Origin: Chloroflexota bacterium
GTDB taxonomy: Bacteria; Chloroflexota; Dehalococcoidia; SM23-28-2; RBG-16-64-32
Assembly: GCA_022565075.1 (NCBI GenBank)
Contig: JADFKG010000002.1
Location: 1 to 32,223, forward strand
Direction of reading: 5' to 3'
Length of the DNA: 32,223 nt
Positions 15,954 to 25,054 of the stretch are shown here, piece by piece (within the stretch, counting starts at the first letter, position 1; each line of letters starts with the position of its first letter). Made by a program: the position numbers and the translations under genes. Under the pieces are notes generated by a model that saw only the letters and a list, made by a program, of their open reading frames with translations, had not been told where the DNA came from and did no database searches.

Positions 15954-17723
15954 CTAGCCTGCTGCCTTCGGTGCTACGTACTTTGGCACCTCCGATTCGC
16001 CCCGCATGCGCTCGATGATCTCCGCCACCGGCAGCGCCTTCAGGTCCTCGCCGCTGCGCAGGCGCACGGCGGCGGCGCCCGCATCCGCCTCGCGGTCGCC
16101 GACGACGAGCATGTAGGGCACCTTCTGCAGTTGGGCGTCGCGGATCTTCGCCTGCATGCGTTCGCTGCGCTCGTCGACCTCGACGCGCAGTCCGGCGGCC
16201 CGCAGGCTCTCCGCGACCTCATTGCCGTAGGGTACGTGCCGGTCGGCGATCGGGATGACGACGGCCTGGACGGGCGCCAACCACATCGGGAAGGCGCCGG
16301 CGTAGTGCTCCAGGAGGACGCCGAAGAAGCGCTCTATCGAACCCAGGATGGCGCGGTGAACCATGAACGGCCGGTGCTGTGCGCCGTCTTCGGCGATGTA
16401 GTTGATGTCGAATCGCTCCGGCAAGTTGAAGTCGAACTGGATCGTCGTCGTCTGCCACTCGCGGCCAAGCGCGTCGATCATCTTGATGTCGATCTTTGGT
16501 CCGTAGAAGACGGCGCCACCCTCGTCGATGTCGTAGGGCAGGTCGTGTGATTCGATCACGTCGCGAAGGATGTTCGTAGACATGTCCCAGTCCTCGATCG
16601 AGCCGGCAAACTTGCCCCGTTCGTCCCGAGTTGACAGGTAGACGTGGAACTTGTCGAAGCCGAACGCCCCAAGGAAGAACATCGTGAAGTCGACGCAGCG
16701 CTCGATCTCCGCCTTCACCTGGTCGGGACGGCAGAAGATGTGGGCGTCGTCCTGCGTGAAGCCGCGGACGCGCATCAGGCCGTGCAGGACGCCGGAGCGC
16801 TCGTAGCGGTAGACGGTGCCCAGCTCGCCCATCCTGATCGGCAGGTCGCGATAGCTGCGCAGTCTGGTCTTGTAGATCTGGATGTGGAACGGACAGTTCA
16901 TCGGCTTGGCGTAGTAGTCCTGCCCGTCAATGTCCATCGGCGAGTACATGTTCTCTTTGTAGAAGTCCAGGTGCCCGCTCTTCTCCCAGAGCGTCGACTT
17001 GCCGATGTGCGGCGTGTAGACCAGGTCGTATCCCGCTGCGAAGTGGGCCTCGCGCCAGAAGTCCTCGATGATTGAGCGCACACGCCCACCCTTGGGGTGC
17101 CAGTAGACGAGGCCCGGGCCGAACTCCTCGTGGAAGGAGAAGAGGTCCAGCTCGCGGCCCAGGCGGCGGTGGTCGCGCTTCGCCGCCTCCTCGATCGCCT
17201 CGAGGTGGGCGTCGAGCTCCTCCTGCGTGTCGAAGAGAGCGCCGTAGACGCGCTGCAGCATTGGGTTCTTCTCGCTGCCACGCCAGTAGGCGCCGGCCAC
17301 GCTCATCAGCTTGAACGCCGGCACCTGGCCGGTGCGCTCGACGTGCGGCCCCTGACAGAGATCGAGAAACTCGCCTTGCTTATAGATGCCGACTTCTTCG
17401 TCGCCGATCTCGTCGATCAGCTCGAGCTTGTACGGCTGGTCCTTGAATAGCTTTCGCGCCTCATCCTTGGAGACCAGCGACTGCTCGAACTCGACGTCGG
17501 AGGCGATCCGCTTGCGCATGCGCTCTTCGATCTCCGGCAGGTCGTCGAGCGTGAGCGCGCGCGGCAGTTCGAAGTCGTAGTAGAAGCCGGTATCGATCGG
17601 CGGGCCGATGCCGACGCGGGCGTCCGGGAACATCTCGACGACGGCCTCCGCCATGACGTGCGCGGCGGAGTGGCGGAGGCGATCGAGTCGCTCCTCTTTT
17701 GACATCTCTTTCAGATTCGCCAT
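15954..17723 (-). CDS. thrS: threonine--tRNA ligase (589 aa, no N-terminal TGS domain)
   Basis: ATG at 17723 after a GAGAGGAAACAG SD. Motifs RHSAAHVMAEAV (editing domain), FHEEFGPGLVYWHPKG, RGFTQDDAHIF and QFDFNLPERF. The 75 upstream codons of the 664-aa ORF are Arg-rich junk. Confidence 0.93.
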   Translation of the reverse strand: MANLKEMSKEERLDRLRHSAAHVMAEAVVEMFPDARVGIGPPIDTGFYYDFELPRALTLDDLPEIEERMRKRIASDVEFEQSLVSKDEARKLFKDQPYKLELIDEIGDEEVGIYKQGEFLDLCQGPHVERTGQVPAFKLMSVAGAYWRGSEKNPMLQRVYGALFDTQEELDAHLEAIEEAAKRDHRRLGRELDLFSFHEEFGPGLVYWHPKGGRVRSIIEDFWREAHFAAGYDLVYTPHIGKSTLWEKSGHLDFYKENMYSPMDIDGQDYYAKPMNCPFHIQIYKTRLRSYRDLPIRMGELGTVYRYERSGVLHGLMRVRGFTQDDAHIFCRPDQVKAEIERCVDFTMFFLGAFGFDKFHVYLSTRDERGKFAGSIEDWDMSTNILRDVIESHDLPYDIDEGGAVFYGPKIDIKMIDALGREWQTTTIQFDFNLPERFDINYIAEDGAQHRPFMVHRAILGSIERFFGVLLEHYAGAFPMWLAPVQAVVIPIADRHVPYGNEVAESLRAAGLRVEVDERSERMQAKIRDAQLQKVPYMLVVGDREADAGAAAVRLRSGEDLKALPVAEIIERMRGESEVPKYVAPKAAG

Positions 17724-18043
17724 CTGTTTCCTCTCATCTCTTCGTCGTCCTCGCTTCTCTCGTCGTCCCGCCGCACGGTTGTGTCGCCGCGCGGCGCCGT
17801 AGTGGCGGTGGTCATCACCCGTTTCCTGGTAGGCGCGCTCTCTCCCCTCAGCAGCTGGTTTGCGGCGGGCAGCACGATCTGCGCTTCGTAAAGCCAGAAC
17901 GCAGTCGAAAACAGGATCAGCGGCGAGCCGGCCAGGAGCGCCCACCACGGGATGTGCGCCGCGACGATTACAAGTACGAAGAGGAACAGCAGTCCGTGCC
18001 CGACATGGACAACGTAGATCTCCGCGCCGAGCCAGCGGTTCAT
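17711..18043 (-). CDS. hypothetical small membrane protein (110 aa, about 2 TM)
   Basis: The ATG overlaps the upstream stop (ATGA at 18043-18040). Hydrophobic helices GHGLLFLFVLVIVAAHIPWW and ALLAGSPLILFSTAFWLY. GC-rich third codon positions. The 3' end overlaps the thrS start by 13 nt. Confidence 0.5.
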   Translation of the reverse strand: MNRWLGAEIYVVHVGHGLLFLFVLVIVAAHIPWWALLAGSPLILFSTAFWLYEAQIVLPAANQLLRGESAPTRKRVMTTATTAPRGDTTVRRDDERSEDDEEMRGNRWRI

Positions 18044-18273
18044 CTCGGCGGCTCCTTGCCGAAGCGATACAGGAGCCAGTAGTGCATCACCATCATCCCG
18101 ATAGCGATGAGGCCGAGCACGAACATGGCGCCCGTCAGTCCCCAGCTGCCGTCGGCCGCGGCGATGCCGCCGAAAACGAGAGCCGCGCCGAACATGACAA
18201 TGGGCACGGCCCAGAGCCAGACGCGCAGGAGCAGCATCGTCAGGCTGTTGTCGCCGGTCTGTCCGTGTGCCAT
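18040..18273 (-). CDS. hypothetical small membrane protein (77 aa, about 2 TM)
   Basis: ATG at 18273 preceded by GGAGGAAGCAGGAG. The TTG at 18312 in the ORF track lies inside the terminator U-tract and is rejected. Helices LLLRVWLWAVPIVMFGAALVFGGIAA and LTGAMFVLGLIAIGMMVMHYWLLY. Confidence 0.5.
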   Translation of the reverse strand: MAHGQTGDNSLTMLLLRVWLWAVPIVMFGAALVFGGIAAADGSWGLTGAMFVLGLIAIGMMVMHYWLLYRFGKEPPR

Positions 18274-18310
18274 CTGACTCCTGCTTCCTCCATCAATGTT
18301 GCCTGTCGCC

Positions 18311-18346
18311 AAAGAAAAAGCCCCCGCCCAACGTTGGGACGGGGGC
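18311..18346 (-). terminator. intrinsic terminator (expression platform of the T-box)
   Basis: Minus strand reads GCCCCCGUCCCAACGUUGGGCGGGGGC (about a 10-bp GC stem with one bulge) followed by UUUUUCUUU. Confidence 0.8.
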
Positions 18347-18575
18347 TTCCCGTGGTTCCACCCAGCTTCTCCGCCGGACGGCGAAACTGCGCCTCGCCTG
18401 GCGGACTCTTTAGGCCGTTAACGGGTGCCTCCGGGCCGCTTACGTCCGCCAGGCGGATTTTACGGCCGGCTCGCGGGTGGTTTCGCCGTGGCAGTGGGCT
18501 GGCTCGCTCTCAGTACCCGTGCGGGGTGCTCGCCTTCCTGTCGCCGTGCGCCGGCTACTCGTCCCGGTCAGCGCC
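18311..18575 (-). promoter_or_regulatory. T-box riboswitch leader, Thr (ACC) specifier
   Basis: T-box/antiterminator UGGG-UGGAACC-ACGGG-AAGCC-CCCGU-CCCA (18364-18335) is mutually exclusive with the terminator. GAA-ACC-A at 18484-18478 fits the Specifier Loop layout. thrS lies downstream. I could not fold the Stem I base pairing confidently by eye. Confidence 0.8.
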
Positions 18576-18588
18576 ATCGTATTCAGAG

Positions 18589-18665
18589 TGGTGGGCGCTG
18601 TAGGATTTGAACCTACGACCTCAGCGATGTCAACGCTGCGCTCTAACCAACTGAGCTAAGCGCCC
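18589..18665 (-). tRNA. tRNA-Val (anticodon GAC), CCA encoded
   Basis: Cloverleaf read by hand: GGGCGCT/AGCGCCC acceptor, GCTC/GAGC D stem, CAGCG-TTGACAT-CGCTG anticodon arm, GTAGG-TTCAAAT-CCTAC T arm, then A-CCA. Confidence 0.95.
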
Positions 18666-18679
18666 ACGCGCTAAAGAAC

Positions 18680-18709
18680 ATCGTATCAATCGATGGGGAA
18701 GGCGGTCAA
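18680..18709 (-). promoter_or_regulatory. candidate promoter for tRNA-Val (and possibly the downstream T-box operon)
   Basis: Minus strand reads TTGACC (18709-18704), 18-nt spacer ending in TGA, then TACGAT (18685-18680). This is extended -10-like (TGaTACGAT). Confidence 0.4.
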
Positions 18710-18807
18710 CGAAGTGGAGGTTCGCACCGATGGCCTTGATTCGTTGGCGCGCTTCCTGAGACAATGTAACGGCGATGGTCCCATCCCATAGCGGGACGGT
18801 CGCTTCG

Positions 18808-18837
18808 TTGCCCTGCTTTTCGGGCGCGTGCTATACT
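18808..18837 (+). promoter_or_regulatory. candidate promoter for tRNA-Lys/tRNA-Leu
   Basis: TTGCCC (18808-18813), 18-nt spacer ending in TGC, then TATACT (18832-18837), about 32 nt upstream of tRNA-Lys. Confidence 0.5.
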
Positions 18838-18869
18838 GCGCGAACCTGAGAAACGGGGCAAAATAGGAT

Positions 18870-18945
18870 GGGCCACTAGCTCAATTGGCAGAGCAAGCGA
18901 CTCTTAATCGCTAGGTTCAAGGTTCGAGTCCTTGGTGGCCCACCA
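18870..18945 (+). tRNA. tRNA-Lys (anticodon CTT), CCA encoded
   Basis: GGGCCAC/GTGGCCC acceptor, AGCGA-CTCTTAA-TCGCT anticodon arm, CAAGG-TTCGAGT-CCTTG T arm, then A-CCA. Confidence 0.95.
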
Positions 18946-19040
18946 GGTAGTAAGAACAAACGATGTTGGCACTTCAACCCGCACGGCAAGAGACGGACTA
19001 CGTGGACGGAGTTCCGCATCGGCTTGACGTAGTGCGCGCC

Positions 19041-19125
19041 GGGGAAGTGTCGGAATTGGTAGACGAGCGTGATTTAGGTTCACGTGCCGAAAGGCGTGGG
19101 GGTTCGAGTCCCCCCTTCCCCACCA
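19041..19125 (+). tRNA. tRNA-Leu (anticodon TAG), type II, CCA encoded
   Basis: GGGGAAG/CTTCCCC acceptor, CGTGA-TTTAGGT-TCACG anticodon arm, long variable arm TGCCGAAAGGCGT, GGGGG-TTCGAGT-CCCCC T arm, then A-CCA. Confidence 0.95.
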
Positions 19126-19169
19126 GGCGATCGGGGCCCAGCGGCCCTGTCGGAATCAAGGAGGGTTAG

Positions 19170-20186
19170 TTGGCGGATCCACTCCTCAAGATAGAAGACC
19201 TGCACACGCAATTCTTCACGGAAGAAGGCGTGGTCAACGCGGTCAACGGCGTCAGCTACGACGTCATGCCAGGCGAGATCCTGGGCCTCGTGGGTGAGAG
19301 CGGTTGCGGGAAGACCGTGAGCGCTCTCTCCATCCTTCGTCTCATTCCCAACCCGCCCGGCAAGATCACCAGCGGCAAGATCATCTTCGAGGGCCAAGAC
19401 ATCCTCAAGATGAGCGAGTCCGAGATACGTCACATCCGCGGCAACAAGATCGGCATGATCTTCCAGGAGCCGATGACGTCGCTCAACCCGGTGCTTACAA
19501 TCGGCCGGCAACTCACCGAAACGCTCGAACTGCACCTGAAGATGGACGGGCAGGCCGCCACCCAGCGCGCGATCGAACTGCTTGAGATGGTTGGCATTCC
19601 GGACGCCAAGTCGCGAATCAAGGACTACCCGCACCAGTTCTCGGGCGGTATGCGCCAGCGGGTGATGATCGCGATGGCGCTCTCGTGCAACCCGAAGCTG
19701 CTTCTCGCCGACGAGCCGACGACCGCCCTGGACGTGACGATCCAGGCGCAGATCCTGGAGCTACTGACCCGCCTCACCCGCGAGCTGGGAACCTCGGTGA
19801 TCATCATCACGCACAACCTCGGGGTCGTCGCCCGCTACGCGGACCGTGTCAACGTGATGTACGCCGGCCGAATCATCGAGTCGGCCAGCGCCATGGAGCT
19901 TTATCCCAACCCCCGGCACCCGTATACGCTGGGCCTGCTGCGCTCCGTGCCAAGACTGGACCAAGCACAGAAGTCGAGACTCGACCCGATCGAGGGCATG
20001 CCGCCGGACCTTATTCGCCTGGGCCCCGGCTGCTCATTCCAGCCTCGCTGCCGGTTCGCCGTGGATCGCTGCAAGGAAGAAGTCCCGCCGCTCTTCGACG
20101 TTGGGCCCGAGCATGTGGCGGCGTGTTGGGAATGGGAGAATGTAAGCAAGGCAGCGTCCGCTAAAGCCGACGTGGATGCCGCCTAG
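19170..20186 (+). CDS. oligopeptide/dipeptide ABC transporter ATP-binding protein (OppD/DppD-like)
   Basis: TTG start after AAGGAGGG. Walker A GESGCGKT, signature FSGGMRQR, Walker [13 protein letters not shown]. The C-terminal oligopeptide-type extension carries a 4-Cys motif. Confidence 0.9.
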   Translation: MADPLLKIEDLHTQFFTEEGVVNAVNGVSYDVMPGEILGLVGESGCGKTVSALSILRLIPNPPGKITSGKIIFEGQDILKMSESEIRHIRGNKIGMIFQEPMTSLNPVLTIGRQLTETLELHLKMDGQAATQRAIELLEMVGIPDAKSRIKDYPHQFSGGMRQRVMIAMALSCNPKLLLADEPTTALDVTIQAQILELLTRLTRELGTSVIIITHNLGVVARYADRVNVMYAGRIIESASAMELYPNPRHPYTLGLLRSVPRLDQAQKSRLDPIEGMPPDLIRLGPGCSFQPRCRFAVDRCKEEVPPLFDVGPEHVAACWEWENVSKAASAKADVDAA

Positions 20187-20198
20187 AACGAGGACGCG

Positions 20199-21248
<1,050 letters not shown>

Positions 21249-21340
21249 CGCCGGTGACGTCGTCCGGCTGAAGTCTGATCTCCGAGTGACCTGAGCGCCT
21301 GACCGCGCGCCTGCAACCTCGAACCTGTAACCTGAACGTC

Positions 21341-23164
21341 GTGGACCAGTCTCACATACGCAACTTCAGCATCATCGCGCACATCGACCACGGCAAGTCG
21401 ACGCTGGCCGACCGCCTGCTCGAAGCGACGGGCACAATATCGAAGCGGGACATGGCCGAGCAGGTGCTGGACACGATGGACCTGGAGCGCGAGCGCGGCA
21501 TCACGATCAAGGCGGCCGCCGTGCGCATGGCTCACACGGCGAGTGATGGCGGCGCCTACGAACTCAACCTGATCGATACGCCGGGGCACGTCGACTTCAC
21601 CTATGAGGTCTCGCGCGCACTCGCCGCCTGTGAGGGCGCGCTGCTAGTCGTCGACGCCTCGCAGGGGATCGAGGCGCAGACGCTGGCCAACGTCTACATG
21701 GCGCTGGAGCTCGACCTCCAGATCATCCCCGTCGTGAACAAGATCGACCTGGCGTCCGCGGAGCCCGAGCGCGTCGCCCTCGAGGTCTGCGAGGTGATCG
21801 GCTTCAAGGCGGACGAGGTGCTGTTCGTTTCGGCCAAGGAGGGCACCGGTATCGACGCGCTGCTGCAGGCGATTGTGGAGCGCGTGCCGCCGCCAGCCGG
21901 CGATCCAGACGGGCCGCTGCGAGCTCTGATCTTCGACTCAAAGTACGATTCTTACAAGGGCGTGATCGCCTATGTGCGCGTCGTAGACGGCCGGGTCAGA
22001 GGCCAGAGCCGCCTGCGCTTGCTCGCCACGAAGCGCACGATCGAGCCGCTCGAGACGGGCGCCTTCCGGCCGTCGTTCAGCCCGACCGACGGCCTTGGGA
22101 CGGGCGAGGTCGGCTACATCGCAACCGGGCTGAAGACTGTGCGGGACAGCCGGGTTGGGGACACCATTACGGATGATGCCGAGCCGGCATCCGCTCCGTT
22201 GCCCGGCTATAAGCCTGCGAAGTCGATGGTCTTCGCTGGCCTCTACCCGTCGAACTCAGAGCAGTACGAGGAGTTGCGGGACGCGATGGAGAAGCTGCAG
22301 CTAAACGACGCCGCTCTCAACTACGCGCCGGAGACCTCAGTCGCGCTGGGGCCTGGGTTCCGCGCCGGATTCCTCGGCCTCCTGCACATGGATATTGTGC
22401 AGGAGCGGCTGGAGCGGGAATACGATCTCGACATCCTGGCGACGGCCCCGTCCGTGGAGTACGAGGTGCACTTGACCGACGGGACCGTTCTTGAGGTGGA
22501 CTCGCCGGCGGAGATGCCGGATCCGAGCAAGATCGAAGATATTCGCGAGCCGTGGATGAACCTCTCGATCGTGGCGCCAGACCGCTATATCGGGGCGATC
22601 ATGGATCTCGTGACGGGACGCCGTGGATCGTTCGTGAAGATGGACTATCTCGAGCACGATCCGCATCTGAAGGCGGGTGAGCGTCGCGTGCTGCTGGAGT
22701 ATCAGATACCGTTGTCCGAGATGCTGGTCGACTTCTACGACCAGCTGAAGTCGAAGACACAGGGCTACGCCAGCCTCGACTACTCGTTCGCGGAGTACCG
22801 GCCGGACAGGCTGGTGAAGGTCGACATCCTCGTCAACTCTGTGGCCGTCGACGCCCTCAGCGTCCTCGTCCACGCGGACCGGGCGCAGCAGGTCGGGCGG
22901 TCGCTTGTCGAGCGGCTGCGATCGCTGATTCCGCGCCAGATGTTCGACGTGCCGATCCAGGCGGCGATCGGCGGCCGCGTGATCGCTCGTGAGAGCGTGA
23001 AGGCGCTGCGCAAGAACGTGCTGGCGAAGTGCTACGGCGGGGACGTGACGCGCAAGCGCAAGCTGCTCGACAAGCAGAAGGCAGGCAAGAAGCGGATGAA
23101 GCGCGTGGGCAACGTGGAGATTCCGCAGGAGGCCTTCATGTCGCTGCTGCGCATCGGCAAGTAG
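21341..23164 (+). CDS. lepA: translation elongation factor 4 (LepA)
   Basis: GTG start. Motifs [36 protein letters not shown] and the LepA-specific C-terminus [27 protein letters not shown]. Confidence 0.95.
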   Translation: MDQSHIRNFSIIAHIDHGKSTLADRLLEATGTISKRDMAEQVLDTMDLERERGITIKAAAVRMAHTASDGGAYELNLIDTPGHVDFTYEVSRALAACEGALLVVDASQGIEAQTLANVYMALELDLQIIPVVNKIDLASAEPERVALEVCEVIGFKADEVLFVSAKEGTGIDALLQAIVERVPPPAGDPDGPLRALIFDSKYDSYKGVIAYVRVVDGRVRGQSRLRLLATKRTIEPLETGAFRPSFSPTDGLGTGEVGYIATGLKTVRDSRVGDTITDDAEPASAPLPGYKPAKSMVFAGLYPSNSEQYEELRDAMEKLQLNDAALNYAPETSVALGPGFRAGFLGLLHMDIVQERLEREYDLDILATAPSVEYEVHLTDGTVLEVDSPAEMPDPSKIEDIREPWMNLSIVAPDRYIGAIMDLVTGRRGSFVKMDYLEHDPHLKAGERRVLLEYQIPLSEMLVDFYDQLKSKTQGYASLDYSFAEYRPDRLVKVDILVNSVAVDALSVLVHADRAQQVGRSLVERLRSLIPRQMFDVPIQAAIGGRVIARESVKALRKNVLAKCYGGDVTRKRKLLDKQKAGKKRMKRVGNVEIPQEAFMSLLRIGK

Positions 23165-23335
23165 GCTTATTCGGCGGTCTTTCCGAAATCCGAACCGGTT
23201 ATCCACTTCTCGTGTTCTGTTTATGATTGACGAAGCCTGTTTCTAGATATAGCGTTGATTCCAAAAGTGGGGATGAGGCAAGTTAAACGTTTGGCGTGTT
23301 CTGCGGCTCACGCTGAAGAGTAAAAGGGGGCAAAG

Positions 23336-24874
23336 ATGACACGCCTTTTCCGAGCGGGACTACCGGCCTTACTGATAGTGGCGATCGCCTTGTTCATGGT
23401 CACGTTGGCCGACTCTCCCACACGTGCTACGTCGTTCAGTCCGCAGGGCGGGTTTATGGTCGCTGACACCTCCGCAGGCGCCAATTCTGACGTCACGATC
23501 GATGTGATGTTCGACGAACCAGACGCCCTGTTTTCGGGTCTGATCATGTTCCTGCCGCCCGAGTGGGGCATCGGTGCCTGTCCGGCTAACGACGTTGCAA
23601 GCGCGACTGCGGCTTGCGCGGGGAATTCGATGGCGGTCGGCGAAATCGTTGGTGAGAATGCGTCTGACGCCATGCTCGGTCTGATTAACAATCCGTGCCT
23701 GAACGGCGTGCATCTCGTCTTCGAGATGATGAACGCTACGCTCGACACGAGCGTCCCCGTCGCGTTCCACGATGCAGATGACAACGGCGTCGGCGATATG
23801 TTCGAGGACGCGGACGAGGACTCCATCCCCAACGGCGCTGAGCTATGGCCCGACTTCATTTCTCGGCTCATCCGCAGCGAGCCGTTCCCTGGTGGCGAGC
23901 CTCTGGATCCGATCATGCGGCTCTACGGTCAGACCGAAGTTGCAGGCAGCCCGATTGGCCTGCAGTACGTGATCCTCGAGCCTGGTTCGGTCATCAACGG
24001 CCTCCCTCTTGACGCGAGCCTGGGCTTCCCCATCGTCCTTCTACTGCAGGATATCGGTGACCCGGGCGCTATCCGCTCGCCCGACCCGATCACCGACTTC
24101 TGCACCCCACTTGAGTCCTCCTTGACGATCTATGGGCTGTCTCACGGAAACGTGGCGCCGAGTATTGCCGGCGTTGGCGATACCGTCCTCACGAATCCGG
24201 CGGATGGCGGCTACAACCTGGTGACGTTTATCGCCAGCGAGTACGACAACGACGGTGACGGAATACCGAATCCGCTCGATCCCTGTCCGCTGACTGGCAA
24301 CACCCTCGGCTGGGATCCGCGCGCGCAAAATCCGACCGGCGACGGCGACATCGACGGCCTGCCTGACCTCTGTGACCCGACGCCCGCTGTGCAAGACATC
24401 GACGAAGACGGCGATGGCTGGCTGAACCGCGGCGACAACTGCCCGACTGTCGCGAACGCCGACCAGTCAGACGTCGACCGGGATTCGGTGGGTGATGTGT
24501 GCGACGACGATCCTGTCGGGCTGTCGCCGCACCAGCACTTCAGTTGTATCGTCGAGGAAGTGGACATAGGCACTGGTGGCGACCCGGCGAGCGTGCCCGG
24601 TGCCGTTCTACCTTGCGTCCTTACGATCGTGATGGGTATCAGCCGCGGCAACGTCGACTGCTCGGACGACGGGGTCACGCCGGTCGACTCGCTGCACATC
24701 CTGCGCTTCGATGCTGGTCTTTGGCCGGCACCGGCGTGTATCGACGGGGGCGACGTTAACTGCGACCTGGTGATCAATGTCATCGATTCGCTTCTGGTCC
24801 TGCGCTTCGATGCAGGGCTCGAAGTTGCGCAACAACCGGGCTGCACGCCGTTGGGCCAACTGATCCCTGCCTGA
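23336..24874 (+). CDS. secreted protein with thrombospondin type-3-like Ca-binding repeats and two dockerin-like repeats
   Basis: N-terminal signal/anchor MTRLFRAGLPALLIVAIALFMVTLA. TSP3-like DNDGDGIPNPLDPCP and DNCPTVANADQSDVDRDSVGDVCDDD (about 24240-24515). Dockerin-like GNVDCSDDGVTPVDSLHILRFDAG and GDVNCDLVINVIDSLLVLRFDAG (about 24645-24835). AAGGGGG SD. Confidence 0.75.
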   Translation: MTRLFRAGLPALLIVAIALFMVTLADSPTRATSFSPQGGFMVADTSAGANSDVTIDVMFDEPDALFSGLIMFLPPEWGIGACPANDVASATAACAGNSMAVGEIVGENASDAMLGLINNPCLNGVHLVFEMMNATLDTSVPVAFHDADDNGVGDMFEDADEDSIPNGAELWPDFISRLIRSEPFPGGEPLDPIMRLYGQTEVAGSPIGLQYVILEPGSVINGLPLDASLGFPIVLLLQDIGDPGAIRSPDPITDFCTPLESSLTIYGLSHGNVAPSIAGVGDTVLTNPADGGYNLVTFIASEYDNDGDGIPNPLDPCPLTGNTLGWDPRAQNPTGDGDIDGLPDLCDPTPAVQDIDEDGDGWLNRGDNCPTVANADQSDVDRDSVGDVCDDDPVGLSPHQHFSCIVEEVDIGTGGDPASVPGAVLPCVLTIVMGISRGNVDCSDDGVTPVDSLHILRFDAGLWPAPACIDGGDVNCDLVINVIDSLLVLRFDAGLEVAQQPGCTPLGQLIPA

Positions 24875-24899
24875 CGTGCAGTACTGGGGCTAGTGATTC

Positions 24900-24938
24900 A
24901 AAGGGGCGTCCTTGAGAAAAGGACGCCCCTTTCGCGTT
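24900..24938 (+). terminator. hairpin terminator after the TSP3/dockerin gene
   Basis: AAAGGGGCGTCCTT-GAGA-AAGGACGCCCCTTT (14-bp stem) followed by TCGCGTT. The A/T flanks mean it could act in both directions. Confidence 0.55.
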
Positions 24939-25000
24939 GTCCTCAGAGTGGTCGTATGTGGCTGTGTGCTCCCTCTCGCGAAACGTCTGGCTCTCTCGCT

Positions 25001-25028
25001 TTGTTTACGTAACGAGGGGGCGTAGAAT
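25001..25028 (+). promoter_or_regulatory. candidate promoter for the 141-aa ORF
   Basis: TTGTTT (25001-25006), 16-nt spacer, TAGAAT (25023-25028). Confidence 0.4.
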
Positions 25029-25054
25029 AGCGGCCGAGAGCAACCGGGGGAAGC

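Noticed and set aside
14522-16550. Plus-strand ORFs 14522..15415, 14788..15729 and 15726..16550
   Set aside because: They are antisense to rplT, rpmI, infC and thrS. Their repetitive Ala/Ser/Leu translations mirror the infC tail repeat.
17724-17948. 75-codon N-terminal extension of thrS in the 664-aa ORF
   Set aside because: The extension is Arg-rich and non-homologous (…RRHNRAAGRREKRGRRRDERKQ) and has no TGS motifs. It overlaps the better-supported small membrane ORF in another frame. A strong SD precedes the ATG at 17723.
18274-18312. TTG start at 18312 for the first small membrane ORF
   Set aside because: The TTG lies within the U-tract of the T-box terminator. The downstream ATG at 18273 has a strong GGAGGA/AGGAG SD.
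18666-19169. tRNA cluster as an integration site for a mobile element or genomic island
   Set aside because: No integrase or recombinase gene is present, I could spot no direct repeat of a tRNA 3' end, and the flanking genes are core (thrS operon, opp ATPases, lepA).
21314-21334. AACCT heptad repeated three times (AACCTCG AACCTGT AACCTGA) just upstream of the lepA GTG
   Set aside because: Only three short copies are present, with no known motif and no dyad symmetry. It may be chance. It is noted only because lepA lacks a visible SD.
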